Assembly (NCBI GenBank): GCA_002633005.1
Contig: NMRA01000050.1
Coordinates: 513,353 to 577,352, forward strand
Source of the DNA: Phoronis australis
Taxonomy: Eukaryota; Animalia; Phoronida
Length of the DNA: 64,000 bases
Direction of reading: 5' to 3'
In this document: positions 35,544 to 49,289 of the stretch, piece by piece
Layout: the number at the start of each line of letters is the position of its first letter
How positions within the stretch are numbered: the stretch's first letter is position 1
Translations under genes and position numbers: made by a program
Notes under the pieces: generated by a model
The model's database searches: none
The model's input: the letters and a program-made list of their open reading frames with translations, nothing else
What the model was told of the DNA's origin: nothing

Positions 35544-37514
35544 TGACATTGCATTAATTGGTGCGCATTGTTTTCTACATCAAGATGACTAATACCCACT
35601 TTCTAAACCTGACATTCAATGATATCAATGTTGATTGAGTGGCACTAGATATAGACAACACGACCTTACCTTAAAATTATTTCAAGTACCAGAAAATGAC
35701 TGGCCCTTTAACAAGTCCTGACCAAAAGAAAAGAAGTCACTGTCACTTAGTGACTCACATGATCTAATTTTTGACTGATCAAATGATATAAAATGCACTG
35801 GCTGGTTTGTTGCCCAAGACCTTGATGGCGTGGTAGCTGCAAGTTTAGGCACGAAACATTGACTCTATTCTTCAACATTTTTGTCACAGGTGCATAGCTT
35901 AATAATACGCTAACTTAAACCTCAGCAAAGAAGACCACTAGATCTTAGCAATAGACATCATGCCATAACCTCAAGCACATACTCTGACCAATTAGAAGGC
36001 ATTAAGTATAAACAGTGCCAACACAAGATGCAATTCGATACCCAATCGCAGTTAACATTCACATAAGGTAAAACTAATGATTACTTTCAAGAGACGACAT
36101 GATTTCATGAGTGCTAACACCTTGGTAAGATAACAGAATTTTACAAAACTTCTCGACAAAAATGAACATTGAGAATTTTTTTATTATTTTACAGTCAACA
36201 CTGTGCCCTAACATTTGGTAAAAATCTGAGGCCTGCTTTAACAAAGGTCATAACACATCAACCCACAGTTGCAATATGCTTGATACCATATAGCTCTTGT
36301 TTTGATCAGCTACTCTGCATTGCAGATGTATTAAATTCTTAACGCAATGGGTATTATACAAGACAGACGAAACTGACAGATTTAGTGTTCTTCTTGGCCA
36401 AGTTGTGCAATCACAGTCAATGAAATGTTTTATGCGCAAATGACCAGAGGTGCATTCCTAAAATTATCCCTGCTACATAACCACCTTCATGCGCCATGGT
36501 AGCAAACTGTGTCCAATTAACATTGAAGTAGCAGCGACCTTTCATAAAACGGTCCTTTGAAGCATAACATAATGTATCACCGAAGTTTTGACCACAGCAA
36601 CGACCTTTCATAAAACAGGCCCTTGAAGCATAACATAAGCCTTTGAAACATGAACGGTAAATGATTTTTGTCCCACCATTGTAGTCTTTATCATAAACGT
36701 ATAAAATAGACATGCAGTCAAATTACACAAACTGTTCAAAACAAGCAAAATTCACGCTCAGAACCTGGCTATTAAATGAACTACTCGTCCTCAAATACAA
36801 AGGAAACCATAGGTTCTTCTAGAATTTACATATTTATGCAACCCTACATGGGTGAAAAATTTCATATGGTGAAGGCATAATTTAGTTCTGCATAATGATA
36901 AACTAAATATTCCATGCTGGGCTAGCATGCCATTCTCATTTGCAGTTGACACTTAGGAAGTTTTAGTTCAGAGAACACAAACTCCAGTCAGAAGTGAGCT
37001 TACACATCAAAAGTTGATTTTCATTCAAGAGATGAAAATAGGAAGTGAGTGAGGAGTCAAGTACACCAAAAGGAGCAATTTTGCTGGTAATTGTTAAATT
37101 CCTGGGTAGCGAGAAGAGCTACAGCTGAGCGGTGCGATTTTTGATCGAGATCTAAAGATTGCTTTTTCAACATTTAGGAATAAATTCACGATGACTGTAC
37201 TGATTGAGTAGGAGTGAAAATGATAAGGGAGAGAGCTTTGTTTTAATGATATAGGTTTCAATCTGATAATTCTCTGCACAACACTGGCGACGTGATTTTC
37301 ACGTTGTTAGACGGGAGGATAGGTTTCCTTTAGGCTATTTTAACAGGCATAGGGCACAATTCAAACTCTTAGTATATACATGGGTAAAAAGTTTTCATTT
37401 TGGCCAATTACGTATAAATATTACCTCATAACCCATCCTTACCTAAAAAGTCGGAGTGCTTCTGTCAACAAAAATGTTTACTGATATGACTTGCAACAAA
37501 CTGAACACCAAGAG

Positions 37515-37795
37515 TATACTTAAGCATGACTCAGTATGGTTCTTTGATGTGTAGCTAGATATACTTAAGCATGACTCGGTATGGTTCTTTGATATGAGTG
37601 GCTGGATATACTTAAGCATGACTCAGTATGGTTCTTTGATGTGTGGCTGGATATACTTAAGCATGACTCAGTATGGTTCTTTGATGTGTAGCTAGATATA
37701 CTTAAGCATGACTCAGTATGGTTCTTTGATGTGAGTGGCTGGATATACTTAAGCATGACTCAGTATGGTTCTTTGATGTGTAGCTGGATATACTT
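37515..37795. repeat. 45-47-bp minisatellite, ~6 copies
   Basis: atacttaagcatgactcagtatggttctttgatgtgtagctagat repeated. Confidence 0.93.
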
Positions 37796-38909
37796 CCTCA
37801 TCGGCATGCTAGAATGAATACCTCGCTACTCTGACAATTGGTGGTCAACAAACTGAGGTGAAAACGGGACATCAAGCTCAGCCATGTCAGACATACACAC
37901 TGGAAAACAACTGCCTGCAGCACAGCAACTGTTAGATAGCTGTCCCCCTATTGAACATTCATTTATTGTAACATTTGGCCACCTCGGGTAACAGTTGATT
38001 GAAACTTAATAAGCCAATCTTGAACGGTAACACTAGTACATTTGGTTCCCAAACTATATTAAAAGCATTGCTCTGAGCCCACTTGTTCTATAAATTATCA
38101 AATGTAACGAACTGTTAGGCGTATTGGTTTTCTTTTGTCATCACCGCGAGAATCACCAGCCGTTTTCAATACAACTGTTATCGACCTTTTGTTGTTTGTG
38201 CAGGGATCTCGGGGTGATGCAGTAGGGCGCAAAAAGTCATACTTGTCTTTCATGTTTCCCAGATGTGTCTTGACAAATAATAAACTGTCAGTTCTTTGCA
38301 AACCCAGATGTTCTTGCATGGCATACAAGGTGATAGCCACTTTAAATAGTACTACAGAATTTGAGGAAGAACAACATATTTTACTCTGCGAGAAAATAGT
38401 GGGAGTCCTAGATTGCTTAATGAACACAAAAACAGACTAGCATTTTCAGTGACCTTTACAGAGAAAGTAACACTCTTACCTTTAACAATGAATTCAGTGA
38501 ATCATGAAGAGATGAGCTTTTTCTTCTTTAAATTGATTGTCAGCCAGTTTTAAAATGAAAGTTAAATTGGAAGCTACCACTGGGTGGCTACCTACCTTCT
38601 GTTGTTATAAGTATTTTTGATTGATAAACAAAGTTGACAAAAACGCAGTTCTAAATACATAATACCTTAATCCTTATAAAGCAGCCCACTTTGTAGATTG
38701 TTCGCAATACCTGGTGAAACAACAACCAAAATGAAATGTTTGTGGCAAGCTGGTCGCAAGTAAAGTTGTACCCAGAATCACCTTCAAAAGTTCCCAGCAA
38801 GCTGCAAACATTGCTGCGAACTTGCCGCGAACTCACAGAAACCTACTGTTCGCAGAATGATCGCGGAAGGACCAGTTGTTAGCGGAAATTTTGCAGTTAA
38901 GTTAAAAGT

Positions 38910-40650
38910 TGTAACATGATGAGCTCACTCTTTGTTTATACTGTAAGCTGCAATTAATCATGGCCACCAACGTAGCTTTGTGGCCTCAGTCACGCTTTGT
39001 ACATCTTACCATTCCGTTCATTTAATAGATACTCGTATATGTATGTGTATGTGTATGTGTATATATATCGAAACAAGTCTCTCTTGCCTTAGTCTTGATG
39101 GTACATAAAACATTACATGGTGCCAGGAACACTGGAGCTTTCAGGACTGTCCTCGCCGTCAATTGACTGGGATTCGAGCGACATCGTAAAAGCTTGGAGA
39201 TGTTTTCAACAACATGTTGACTGAATCTCCGCTTGACCTCAGGCCAAGAAAATGAAGAAGTAAAAGCCCGTACTTATAATTATACGTCAACAACAAAGGA
39301 AGAGACAAATCTAATGCTTGGACATCTAAGAAGGATAATCTGGAAGCTTATTACAAATGCTTTGCAGGCACTGTTCAACTGCGCCACAACCAAGAGTTTG
39401 AACACTTAGCCTACAAGATCAATAATGCTGTACAAGGGGAGGATATAATTGAACAGATCGTGACTCCCTCCGCCTTTCAGTAAAAACTTCCTCATATGCT
39501 AATCCAAACAAAATGATCCGCGACCAAATGGACTATGGAGTAAAAGACGAGAAAATACGTGAAAAGCTAGTAAATAGAGGAGATTCATTAACACTCTAGA
39601 AAAGGCAATCTCGAAGCTTTGCTATGTTCAACCGTGCCACAACTCGATCAGTGTTAGAACGCTATAAGTTCAATAATGCTGTTCAAGGGGAGGATATTGA
39701 ACAGTTCGTGACTCACCTCCGCCTCTATGTAAAAACTTGCTCAGGTGCTACTCCAGATGAAATGATCCACAACCGAATGGTCTTTGGAGTAAAAGATGAG
39801 AAAATACATGAAAGCTAATTAATAATGGAATTTCATTAACACTAGAAAAGGCAATTCAGACAGAGCAACGAGTATGCCCAGGAGCAATTGCAGGCTAGAT
39901 CTGATCAAGAACCTGTACATGCTCTAAATCATGCAACAGACCACGACATACTGGATGAAATCCATGTCCCAGTGCAGTAAAGCAGTATCCTAATGAAAAT
40001 TGTGACAACTGCTGATTGCAACATTACAAGCCAGACATATGTCCCGCGAAAGGGAAAAGATGTGCAATATGTGACAACTGGAACCATTTTGCATTTATAG
40101 CTAGTTGGACAAACCACCAACCACAACATAAAACTGTGAGTAAACCTAATTACCACAAACCTAGAGGTAGAAGACCTGTCCATTACCTTGGATCAAGTCA
40201 GTATTTAGAGTTGATTCTATTGAAACTGGCACAGGAGATCAAGCATTCGTTAGACGAGTCGGACCCGGTGGACAAGAGATCAGATTTAAAATACTAAAGA
40301 TCCTGGTTTAACTACGAACATTATACTAAAAGCAATATTCCATAAACTCGCCATTCTTAATGTCATACTTGACGCTCACACACTGAACCTGAGAGTGTAC
40401 AATGGTGCAACATTGATGCCCATTGGCTTATGTTGATTACTGACCGAAGGCACGAAGTACGCAAGCAAAGTACTGTACAATTCATTATAGATACATCACC
40501 CCAAATTTTTGGTTATCGTGCAATTCTGGATTATTTTTTGTCAATCAAATTTATTGAATGCCATGGAGACCGCGAGCACGATTTCCAAAGCAGCCATAAT
40601 GGCTAACTACAGCGACTTGTTTCAAGAAGTTCGCAAATGTATCAGAGGTG
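38910..40650 (+). mobile_element. decayed Gypsy LTR retrotransposon: 5' LTR (38910-39117), PBS, gag-protease remnant
   Basis: TGTAA...TTACA LTR then tggtgccagga PBS; ELSGLSSPSIDWDSSDIVKAW; MIRDQ..GVKDEKIREKL; CPAKGKRCAICDNWNHFA knuckle; many stops. Confidence 0.8.
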
Positions 40651-41929
40651 ATGAGCCACGAAACTACATGCTGCAGGACCATAGTCCTGTATGTATGCCT
40701 GTGCAGCTTCAAATCCCCCCGGGCTCACCAGACACGGCGTCACCAAAGAAAGGTCGGCATACCGACACCCCCTAAAAGATAGAGGAAGTCGCGAATAAGA
40801 GGTATTGGCAGCGAGTTTGGAAAGTGAAGATGAGGATGGAGATGGGAGAGGTGTACTGGGAAAGGGCTCCATTCAAGGACACGCCAGTATCGTGAAAAAG
40901 GTAACCCGTCACGTGCTTTTTTTCTTAAACATGGGTAACACTCCGGGATAATCACCAACATATTTTAATTATATAGCCAAATAGTCTGACTAACTAACAA
41001 TGTCTAACCAACACCAACATATTAATTATAGTCCAAGAAGCACACACTTGTTACACAATCCGTAATAGAATAAAGTTTAAATAAACGCACCACCCACAAT
41101 TCAGACCCGAAAAACACACCGCCATTTTGAACTTACCACGAACCCAGAAGTACAATTCATTCAGGAACCCAGGCTTAGCATACGCCGTCTGTGCGACTGG
41201 AGCAGTATCTGTTACCAGCCTGCAAACGCAGATAAAATAATCGACAGCGCGCCTTAACGGTAATAAATTCAAAATACGGACAATTGCATCGAAATTTTTG
41301 AAGAAATGTGGCAAATAAATTTTGACAGAAATTATTTTGCCAGACTCTGGCCCACAACCGATCGGACCCGGGGCGGACTGAGACCAGACAAAGGCGAACG
41401 GTAAAGGCATACAGTTGAGTAGTATATAGCTCTCTAGAGTTAGAGATAAATATATTGAGTTCCGGTTCCACCTGCGTTGTTGTTCCCACATGGTGGCAGC
41501 GGCGGTTTGTGTCATTTTTGCGATTCTGGCGAAACAACTGGGCATTATAAGCTGATACCTTCCAGAGGTTTGTGTCAAGGACCTTTCGTGCTGTTTTCGA
41601 TGGATTTTTTTTGTGTGAAATAACAGAAAATAGCCTGGAATAGCCCATAAAAACGGTTGACAGTGTAGTTATAAAAATTTCGGAATTTTCCATGACGTCA
41701 TAGACCTGTCTTGTTCTGTACGTTTGAGCTGACTGTTCATGTGGATGGAGTGTGAGACTCTATACGATAACTTTTTACGCGCGACTTTACATTATAAATA
41801 CAGATATACAAAAGTTTGTGAATTTAATGACTGAATAAATTTACCAGTACCTGCACGAGTGACACGCAACATTAGTGAACACGTTAACGAAGGGACACAT
41901 AAGCTGACAACATTCAGAACATTACAAAA

Positions 41930-42320
41930 ATGGCAACATATCAGATACCAGAGCCAACCCCCATGTCAATGCAGGGGAACGTGGCGGAGAACTGGCGATA
42001 ATTTGAAACTGCGTGGATAGACTACATGACTGCCAAATAACTAGATATAAAAATGGTTAAGGCTTGCAGTACCCCAGACCTGAAAGGGGTATCTATTGTT
42101 GCTGCAACACTCTGCTCTATCATGGGACAGGAGTGTAAGCGAGTACTGTGTAACTTACCTAACGTCAGTGCAGAAGACAGGCGCAATCCCCAGAAGATCA
42201 CTGATGCCTTAAAGGTTACTTTGTCCCTCAAAAAAATGTTCTCTACGAGAAATTTGTCTTCAATCAAGCAGCCCAAAAAAACTGGAGAGACCATACTTTA
42301 AGAATCGTCACCACTTGACC
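41930..42320 (+). mobile_element. Gypsy gag N-terminal fragment
   Basis: MATYQIPEPTPMSMQGNVAENWR*FETAWIDY..VAATLCSIMGQEC; upstream LTR-like end ..gcaaca at 41871. Confidence 0.75.
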
Positions 42321-42334
42321 AACTGAGAAAGGGG

Positions 42335-43727
42335 TAACTCATGATGTTGTAATGCAAGTGTCGGCATCTTATTTGAATCTTGGTCATGCGGTATACATGG
42401 ACAATTTTTACACCAGTGTGCCTTTATTTGAGGATTTATTGTCCAAGAGAACCTTGGCGTGTGGCACCATACGCAGCAACAGAAAGGGCCTGCCGAATGA
42501 CACAATGTCCAAGACCTCCCCTGCAGTCAAGGGAATGAAAAGGGGAGACTCCCTTTATCGTTTCAAAGGGTCTGTGACAGCTATGTCCTGGAAAGATAAT
42601 AAACTAGTAACACTGCTAACTACTATTCCTGTAGGCGAGGAAACTGAGAATGTGGCACGGTCTAGTAAGCGAAATGGCCAGTTCGAGAAAATTGACGATC
42701 CACGGCCGATGGCGATCGGTCTGTACAACGCATACATGGGTGGCGTGGACTTATCAGATCAGCGGATTAATGGGCACAAACGGTTAATGCGTGGAACTGT
42801 ATGGTATTTAAAGATATTTTGGTTCTTGATTGACATTTGTCGGATCAACTCATACCTTTTGTATCAAGAGTTGAAAGGATCCAAAATCAAGATGAAAGAT
42901 TACACTCTGCAGCTTGCCGAGGAGTTGATCGGTAACTTTACATCGAACTCTCGAAATGTCGCTGTCGTTCCGGAGTTGGTGCACCGCAATCGGAACCTGG
43001 ATCATGCCCCTGAGCTCTTGAAAACGCGATCTGCATGTACTGTACATTTGCAGAGGGTTGATACACCATGTGTATGCTCAGTATGCAAGGTGCATCTTTG
43101 CCCCGCTCCGTGTTTTTATAGATTCCATTACATGAAGGACTAACAGTTTCGCGATCCACAGCGACTGGAAGCACCATCGCAAAGAAAAAAGAAAAAGTAA
43201 AAAAAAAACAAGACACTGACTGTGCTGTTCCTTGTGTAATGGATTAATTGGATATATAAACTTATGAGGACTACTCAGAACAGTGAGTCTGATACCAAGT
43301 GTGCAAAATGTTTTTTTTTTTACTATTTCGAAAGTACTCATGCAAACTTTTTCAAACGTTCAGAATTTTTTAATAACATGTTTGTGCTTGTGTTCCTGGA
43401 GTTTCAAGTGAGCAAGTCTGTTCATAACAAAGCTACCGTGATTTAAACATAAAAAACAAAAAACACGATTCCATTACTGTAAATTTTGATGATTGTTCAA
43501 CCTGCTGTAGTTTCTTCAAAACATTCGCTTTTGCAAAGATAAAATAAATGTCAGATGCAGAATTTTATCCTCTTTCCGAAAATGTAAATATGTTGTATGT
43601 TTGTTTAAGAAATAAACATGTCATGGTAATTTGAGTGCACACACTGTTGTTGTTGTTATCGCTTACTGTGAAAGTGGGTCAGGCTCACAGGCACTTTAGT
43701 GTAGAATGTATGTCAGGCCCCAAATGG
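42335..43727 (+). mobile_element. piggyBac 3' half: transposase C-terminus (PGBD4-like) and right end
   Basis: VYMDNFYTSVPLF..CGTIRSNRKG..WKDNK..YNAYMGGVDLSDQ..C-terminal Cys-rich domain (ORF to 43143); ends gccccaaatgg|TTAA. Confidence 0.92.
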
Positions 43728-43739
43728 TTAAGATCATAT

Positions 43740-44390
43740 ATGTCATTTGATGAAATGGAAGATGAAGATCACCACTATGAACCTACTCCGCTTCAACTGT
43801 TAGACTTGGAATAATTTTAAAATTCCCACTGGACTACATGCACTTAGTGTTTCTTGGAGTAATGACGCGTCCTCTCGATTGTGGGCTGGGATTGTGGTGT
43901 AGACAGACCATTTCTGATTGTTTGCTGTCCATGAAGAAGTTAATCCCTAAAGAATTTGCATGAAAACCAAGATCTCTTTTAGAAGTGGACTGATGGAAAG
44001 CCACAGAATTTCACTGTTTCCTTCTGTGTACCTCAGTTGTATCATTAAAGGGTATAACAGACAATGCTATTTATAATTACAGTATAACTTCTTGCTTCTT
44101 TCAATTGCCATTCACCTGTTATCAAAGGCTACATCCGGTGCAAATGCCTGTGATTATGCAGGAAGGCTGCTGCGTCACTTTGTCAATGAATATGTTTATC
44201 TCTTTGGATGCCATCTCCTGACTTACAATGCTCACAGTTAAATACATCTGGTTGATGATGTGAAAATACATGGCCCTTTGGACACCTATTCTGCCTTTCC
44301 TGTCGAAAATTACTTGCATTGCCTGCAAAGATTAGTTAGGAAACCTGATTGTGAACTTCCACAAATTGCCTTGAGGTTATAGGAGAAGCA
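43740..44390 (+). mobile_element. CACTA/EnSpm (CMC) transposase fragment (missed by ORF track)
   Basis: FPLDYMHLVFLGVM; IPKEFA*KPRSL..*WKATEF; YNAHS*IHLVDDV..GPLDTYSAFPVENYL..LVRKP. Confidence 0.85.
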
Positions 44391-44413
44391 TGTTCAAGTC
44401 AAAGGATGCAATG

Positions 44414-44514
44414 TGTTAGTAACGACCCCTGATGGAACTTGTACAAATGGAATAAAGCACTTCCGGTATAGTCATCTCAACGTGTTCTCTGGTGCTTCCT
44501 AACATGGTGTCAGA
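44414..44514 (+). mobile_element. short Gypsy-type LTR plus PBS
   Basis: TGTTAG...AATAAA...CTAACA followed by TGGTGTCAGA. Confidence 0.6.
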
Positions 44515-44631
44515 TTGAGCTCCCATGCCTGCAGAAGTCGAGTTTTGGATAGAGTGTGTGGTCAAGAAGCTTGAGTAGTCAACAAAGAAGCAGAGGACAC
44601 AAGTGATTAGTGTGTGATGGTGGACAATTAA

Positions 44632-45478
44632 CCCTCTTAGTGCTGCAGGATTAAACTTAATCCAAACCATTCCTACCCCTTCGCTGCTGCGAGATCAAGT
44701 ATGCGACCATGACCTTTCATTCATGTCCTATCTTGGGGGTCAATTTCAGCCAATTAAATACATTTATTTTTGCCCGGGTTCTTGTTGAGAACTTTGGCGA
44801 CGAATGAAATTACATGTTACAATTTGAATGGCAATTTTACCTTAAGTACTTCCCGAGATACAACGTGTCAAAAACCTGATTGGCCGGCGCTTTCTGACTG
44901 CCAGATGGTTTTAAAAATGGCGAGTAATAGAGGCGAGTACTTAAATTTGGAGCGTACTTTAGATATTATTGCACGATTCGGATTCAGAAGAGGAATTTGA
45001 GGGTCCTGAGTTAGAGGATATAGATAGTGGCGACGAGGACAGTGATCTGTAGGCGGTCATTGACGAGTTACCGGAGGAATGGGTGCTCGATCACGGCAAT
45101 CAACCAGTGCCGATCTGGTGTGTAAATTTTGACAAGACTGTTGGACGTCGTGGAGCGTTGTTGGACACTCGTCCTGCGGACTATTTTGCTTTATTTTTCA
45201 CCGAGGAATTGCTGACATTGATGCGGGACGAAACTAATCGGTATGCCGAGCAATGCATTCAAGAACGCGACTTGGCAAGATACGCGCGTTTGCGAGACTG
45301 GGTTCCAGTGACAGTGACCGATGTCAAGGCAGTGACGGCACTGCACATAGCGATGCCCATTGTCAGAACGCCAACTGTTCAGCAGCATTGGAGCACAGAC
45401 TGGTTGTTTGCGAACTCCTTTTTTCCCCAAATAATGTCAACAGACAGGTATCTGCTGATCAATAGTATGATGCACTTC
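44632..45478 (+). mobile_element. piggyBac 5' half: left end and transposase N-terminus
   Basis: TTAA|CCCTCTTAGTGC; acidic DSDSEEEFEG; PADYFALFFTEELL..ETNRYA..W.PVT..HWST..MSTDRYLLI..HF. Confidence 0.88.
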
Positions 45479-45697
45479 GGAAGTCGAGATTTCAGCTACG
45501 GCGTTACCGGAAATGAACATTTTCCTGAGTAAACAACTGTTGTGTGGCTATGCGATTTTATAAAGTTTGCCCAGTGTACTGTCCAGTGTTTGATAAATAT
45601 GAAGCTAGAATAGTAAAGAAAAGACAATCGTAATATCCTGCTACTGTTAGTGTTACTTCTGAGTGGAACACTGCAAAAAAATAAAAAAACCTTCATC

Positions 45698-47510
45698 ATG
45701 GCACAACCCGTTGCAAACAGGGCAGCAAATCTGATTCCCCCACCTCAGCCCATGGAAGTAAAAGGTCACCTAGCCAGCAATTGGCAATTTTTCCGCGAGA
45801 CATGGAAAAATTATGTCATTGCCACTGAACTGAATCTGAAAGGTGAAGCGATCATAGTAGCAACCTTGATGACTATAATGGGGAAGGACTGCTATCGGAT
45901 CTACCAAAATCTATCCCTCAGCGATGAAGATCGACAGGACTCGAGCAAGATTTTGGATGCTCTCACCAGTTATTTCGAGCCTCAGCACAACACGGTATAT
46001 GAACGCTATGTATTCAACAGCTGTGCGCAGGAACCTACAGAAGGGATTGACATGTATGTCAACAGACTTCGGAAACTTAGTGCAACTTGTAAATACAGGA
46101 CGCTTCTGAATGAGATCATAAGAGACCAAATTGTAATAGGGGTGCGAGACTCCACTTTGCGTGCTAGGTTATTGCATGAGAAAGATTTAACACTGGAGAA
46201 GTGTATAGACACGTGTCGAGCGAGTGAGATGTCGACACAGCAATTGAAAGCCATTGACGGGGAGGTGGAGACAGTCCATGCTGTGAATCCCAAAAGACGA
46301 AGCAAAATAAAAGTCAAGACAGCAGGATCTGAGCAAAAGGCAGAGGCAAGATCAGAGCAGAACATTCAGACAGACTGTGATTACTGCGGGACAACTCATC
46401 CCAAGCGCAAATGTCCTGCCTGGGGCAAGCGGCGCAAGAAATGTGGTAAAAGCAATCATTTCGCCAGTGTGTGCAGGTTAAGGGCAACTGCAGTCCACCG
46501 GATAGATGATTCAGAACCCGAAGACTCAGAATCGTCAGTTTTCGCGGTTCATGATGGCCGAACCAAATATCTGGTAGAACCTCTGGTCAGATACAAGCGA
46601 AGCGATGCCTGGATACCGCAAGTGTTTCAGTTAGATAATGGGGCAAGTGTGAACTGCCTGCGATATGAAGATTGCTACCGAATTGTGAACTCGAACGAGC
46701 CACTTCTAAAGAAGAGTAGCAAGAGGCTAACATCTTACAGTGGAGATCGAGTTGAAAATGTGGGGCAGGTGACGCTGACTTTTAAAATTAACGCCGAGAG
46801 GAGTACATTAAACTCAAAGTGGTGAAAAACATCATTAAAAAAACAAACAAGATGGAACTGATTTGTGGTTGGCCATTCTAGAACACCGCAATACCCTGGC
46901 TGCAGACAACACAGGAAGTGCAGCACAGAAGCTAATGAGTCGCAGAACAAGAACCCTCATTCCAGTTAGTGCTAGCAGACTAGAAGCCAATGTGGTACCA
47001 AAGGACCAGGTATTTCAGCAGCAAGTGGTCCAAAAACAAAAGGCGAAGATGTTCTTCGACAAAGGAGCAAAGAAGCTACTGCCACTAGTTATTGGACAAC
47101 CTGTACGTACGAAACTTAGGCTGCACTCATCAGCCGCCTGGACCGCAGGGAAAATCATATAAAGAGATTAGCTCCCAGGTCCTACCTGGCAGAGCATGAG
47201 AGTAGGGTCTATATGCAAAACAGGAACCATCTTAGGCCCAGTGCCGAGGTCGCCACTGCAAACCAGCCTCAACTGGTGGTGGATCCAGCAACTCCAGAAT
47301 CACATAGCGCTCCAGCCAATGAGCGTTCACCACCTACACAGGGCAGCTCCGTAATACCGCCAGTGCAAAGAAGCCCTGTACCCACACCCATCAAGTTGAG
47401 CCCGTCACTACCTCTCGTCAAGACAAGCAACCCTCTGACTCAAGATGGGATGCCTTGGGATGGTTACACCACTCGTTCCGGATGTACCATAAAAGCTCAA
47501 AAAAATAGTT
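45698..47510 (+). mobile_element. Gypsy element: open gag-protease ORF (45698-46825) joined to integrase C-terminus; RT/RNase H missing
   Basis: IRDQIVIG..LTLEKC; CDYCGTTH..CPAWGK..CGKSNHFASVC; LDNGASVN; then LEHRNT..SAAQKLMSRRTRT..PRSY..NRNHLR..TRSG. Confidence 0.9.
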
Positions 47511-47529
47511 ACCGGCGGGTCGTAACTCG

Positions 47530-47900
47530 AAAAGTGATCTTACTTTTGCTCAAAGGGCCGTTATGAGATGGTCTTAATACCATGGTGATGAGCATTTGTC
47601 CTTTCCTGTTCTAGAGATAGTCAACAACACATCTGCCAAAGTGGTCATACCAGTCATTGACCGCATTTTCAGTGTGTTCAGTGTGTTCGGTTTGCCTAAA
47701 GTGATCAAATCGGACAATGGACCGCCCTTCACCGGTCATGCTTGAAAGCAATTTTTGACTTCATTTGGTGTGCAAAACCATAAAATCAAACTGTTGTTGC
47801 TTCGAGCTAACGCACAAATGGATAACAATAATAAACCGATGAAGACCATTCGAGCTGCGACAGTGGAACGACAAAAATTGGAAGTCCCCTGTGCCCTATT
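47530..47900 (+). mobile_element. Gypsy integrase core (rve) fragment
   Basis: TSAKVVIPVIDRIFSVF..GLPKVIKSDNGPPF..FLTSFGV..RANAQ. Confidence 0.85.
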
Positions 47901-49289
47901 TCCTTCGTGTATATCAATCAAGGCCGCATTGGAGTATGTTATTCACGCCCTTCAGAGTTATGTTTCATCATGAGCCATGAACAAAGTTGCATGAAGCGCC
48001 CACAAAATTTCACAATCTCGTAGAACCCTCGACTTTAGGACGAGACAGAAAATCCGCGAGAGAAAATCTGTGTACCATACATTTACCGTGGAACTTATTT
48101 CATTATACTTTTGACACCTTCCCAATTTGTGCATTATGATCACAGCAGCTAGTAACCAAAGCAGGCCGAGTTATTCATTCATGAATGCCTAGCTTCTGAA
48201 GAGGTTCATATTATTGGCAAAAATGTTGAAGATGAATACACTGATGAAGTTCCACAGTAAACGAATGAACCCTAAAATGAAGAATTATTGTACTGCTTAT
48301 CCTCATTTATAACAAATCAAAATCATTTACTGCAACAATGGAGCCTAATGAAGTACAGTTTGCATCCTCCATTTCTTACATTTTAGTGATGACCCTCCAC
48401 TCTCAAATGTAAGAAATGTTTTAGTGAAATTTTTTGACCTCTGCTGTCAGTCTGTTGATCCTCTGACTTGCACAACTATTCATTTATTTACCAAATGACA
48501 ACATCCAGGGAATGACACAAGTGGTTGAGGTCTTGTTGAGAAAAATGGGGATTTGCAAAATGCAGGTCCCAGCTGATTGTCTAGAAAAGGCAAACCGAAA
48601 AACATACACCTTGATTTCTTCAGCTAAATTTTCAGCCTAGAAAATTTTTACAAAATAGCTAAAGAAACAAGATGTTTTTCTAGACAGTGCTTTATCATCA
48701 GGTGGAAGCAATCCATGACCACGCCTGTGCTCCATCTAACATCCCTTAAACTCCAGTCCCAGACCAGCAGACACCAAACCCATGATACAGTTCTTAAGTC
48801 AAATGACAACTTCTTGGGATGCCGTGTAATGAATGTTCATTGCTGCCATTGTTACATTGTATTGAAGTGGTGATTATTACCTGTCCACAACTTTCAATCT
48901 CATCATCGGGGAACTGGGGGATCTCTGGATCACATAGTCACCTGTGAGCAGTGCTAGGCAGTGTTCCAACTCTACTTCATGGTTTCACTTGAAACGAAAT
49001 ATTGGTAAATGCTGGGCAGCTCACAATCACGGTCTCTGTTAAAGTCTTGCTTATTCCCCATGATTTTAAGCAATTTTCAGATTTTTTGGAAAGTAGCAAA
49101 TTTTAATACTGATTGAATTGCTATGTCTGGTAGCATGCCAGTCTTTCCAATAAAATGTACTTATTATCTCATCTTTTTCAGCAACCCCGTCTGTAATTCC
49201 AGCCAACAAGTAGTGAATGTTCGACCTCAGATGAAAAGGAAGCTTTAAACTTTGTGGTTTGACCGCTTTATGGCTCAAAAGGACCAAAG

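Noticed and set aside
37830-37915. Possible minus-strand terminal exon (SCFPVCMSDMAELDVPFSPQFVDHQLSE*)
   Set aside because: Only a weak acceptor and a short peptide, with no homology or partner exons seen
40650-41700. Overlapping 172/175-aa minus-strand ORFs in a GC-richer block
   Set aside because: No recognisable domain; likely non-coding TE terminal sequence, left unassigned
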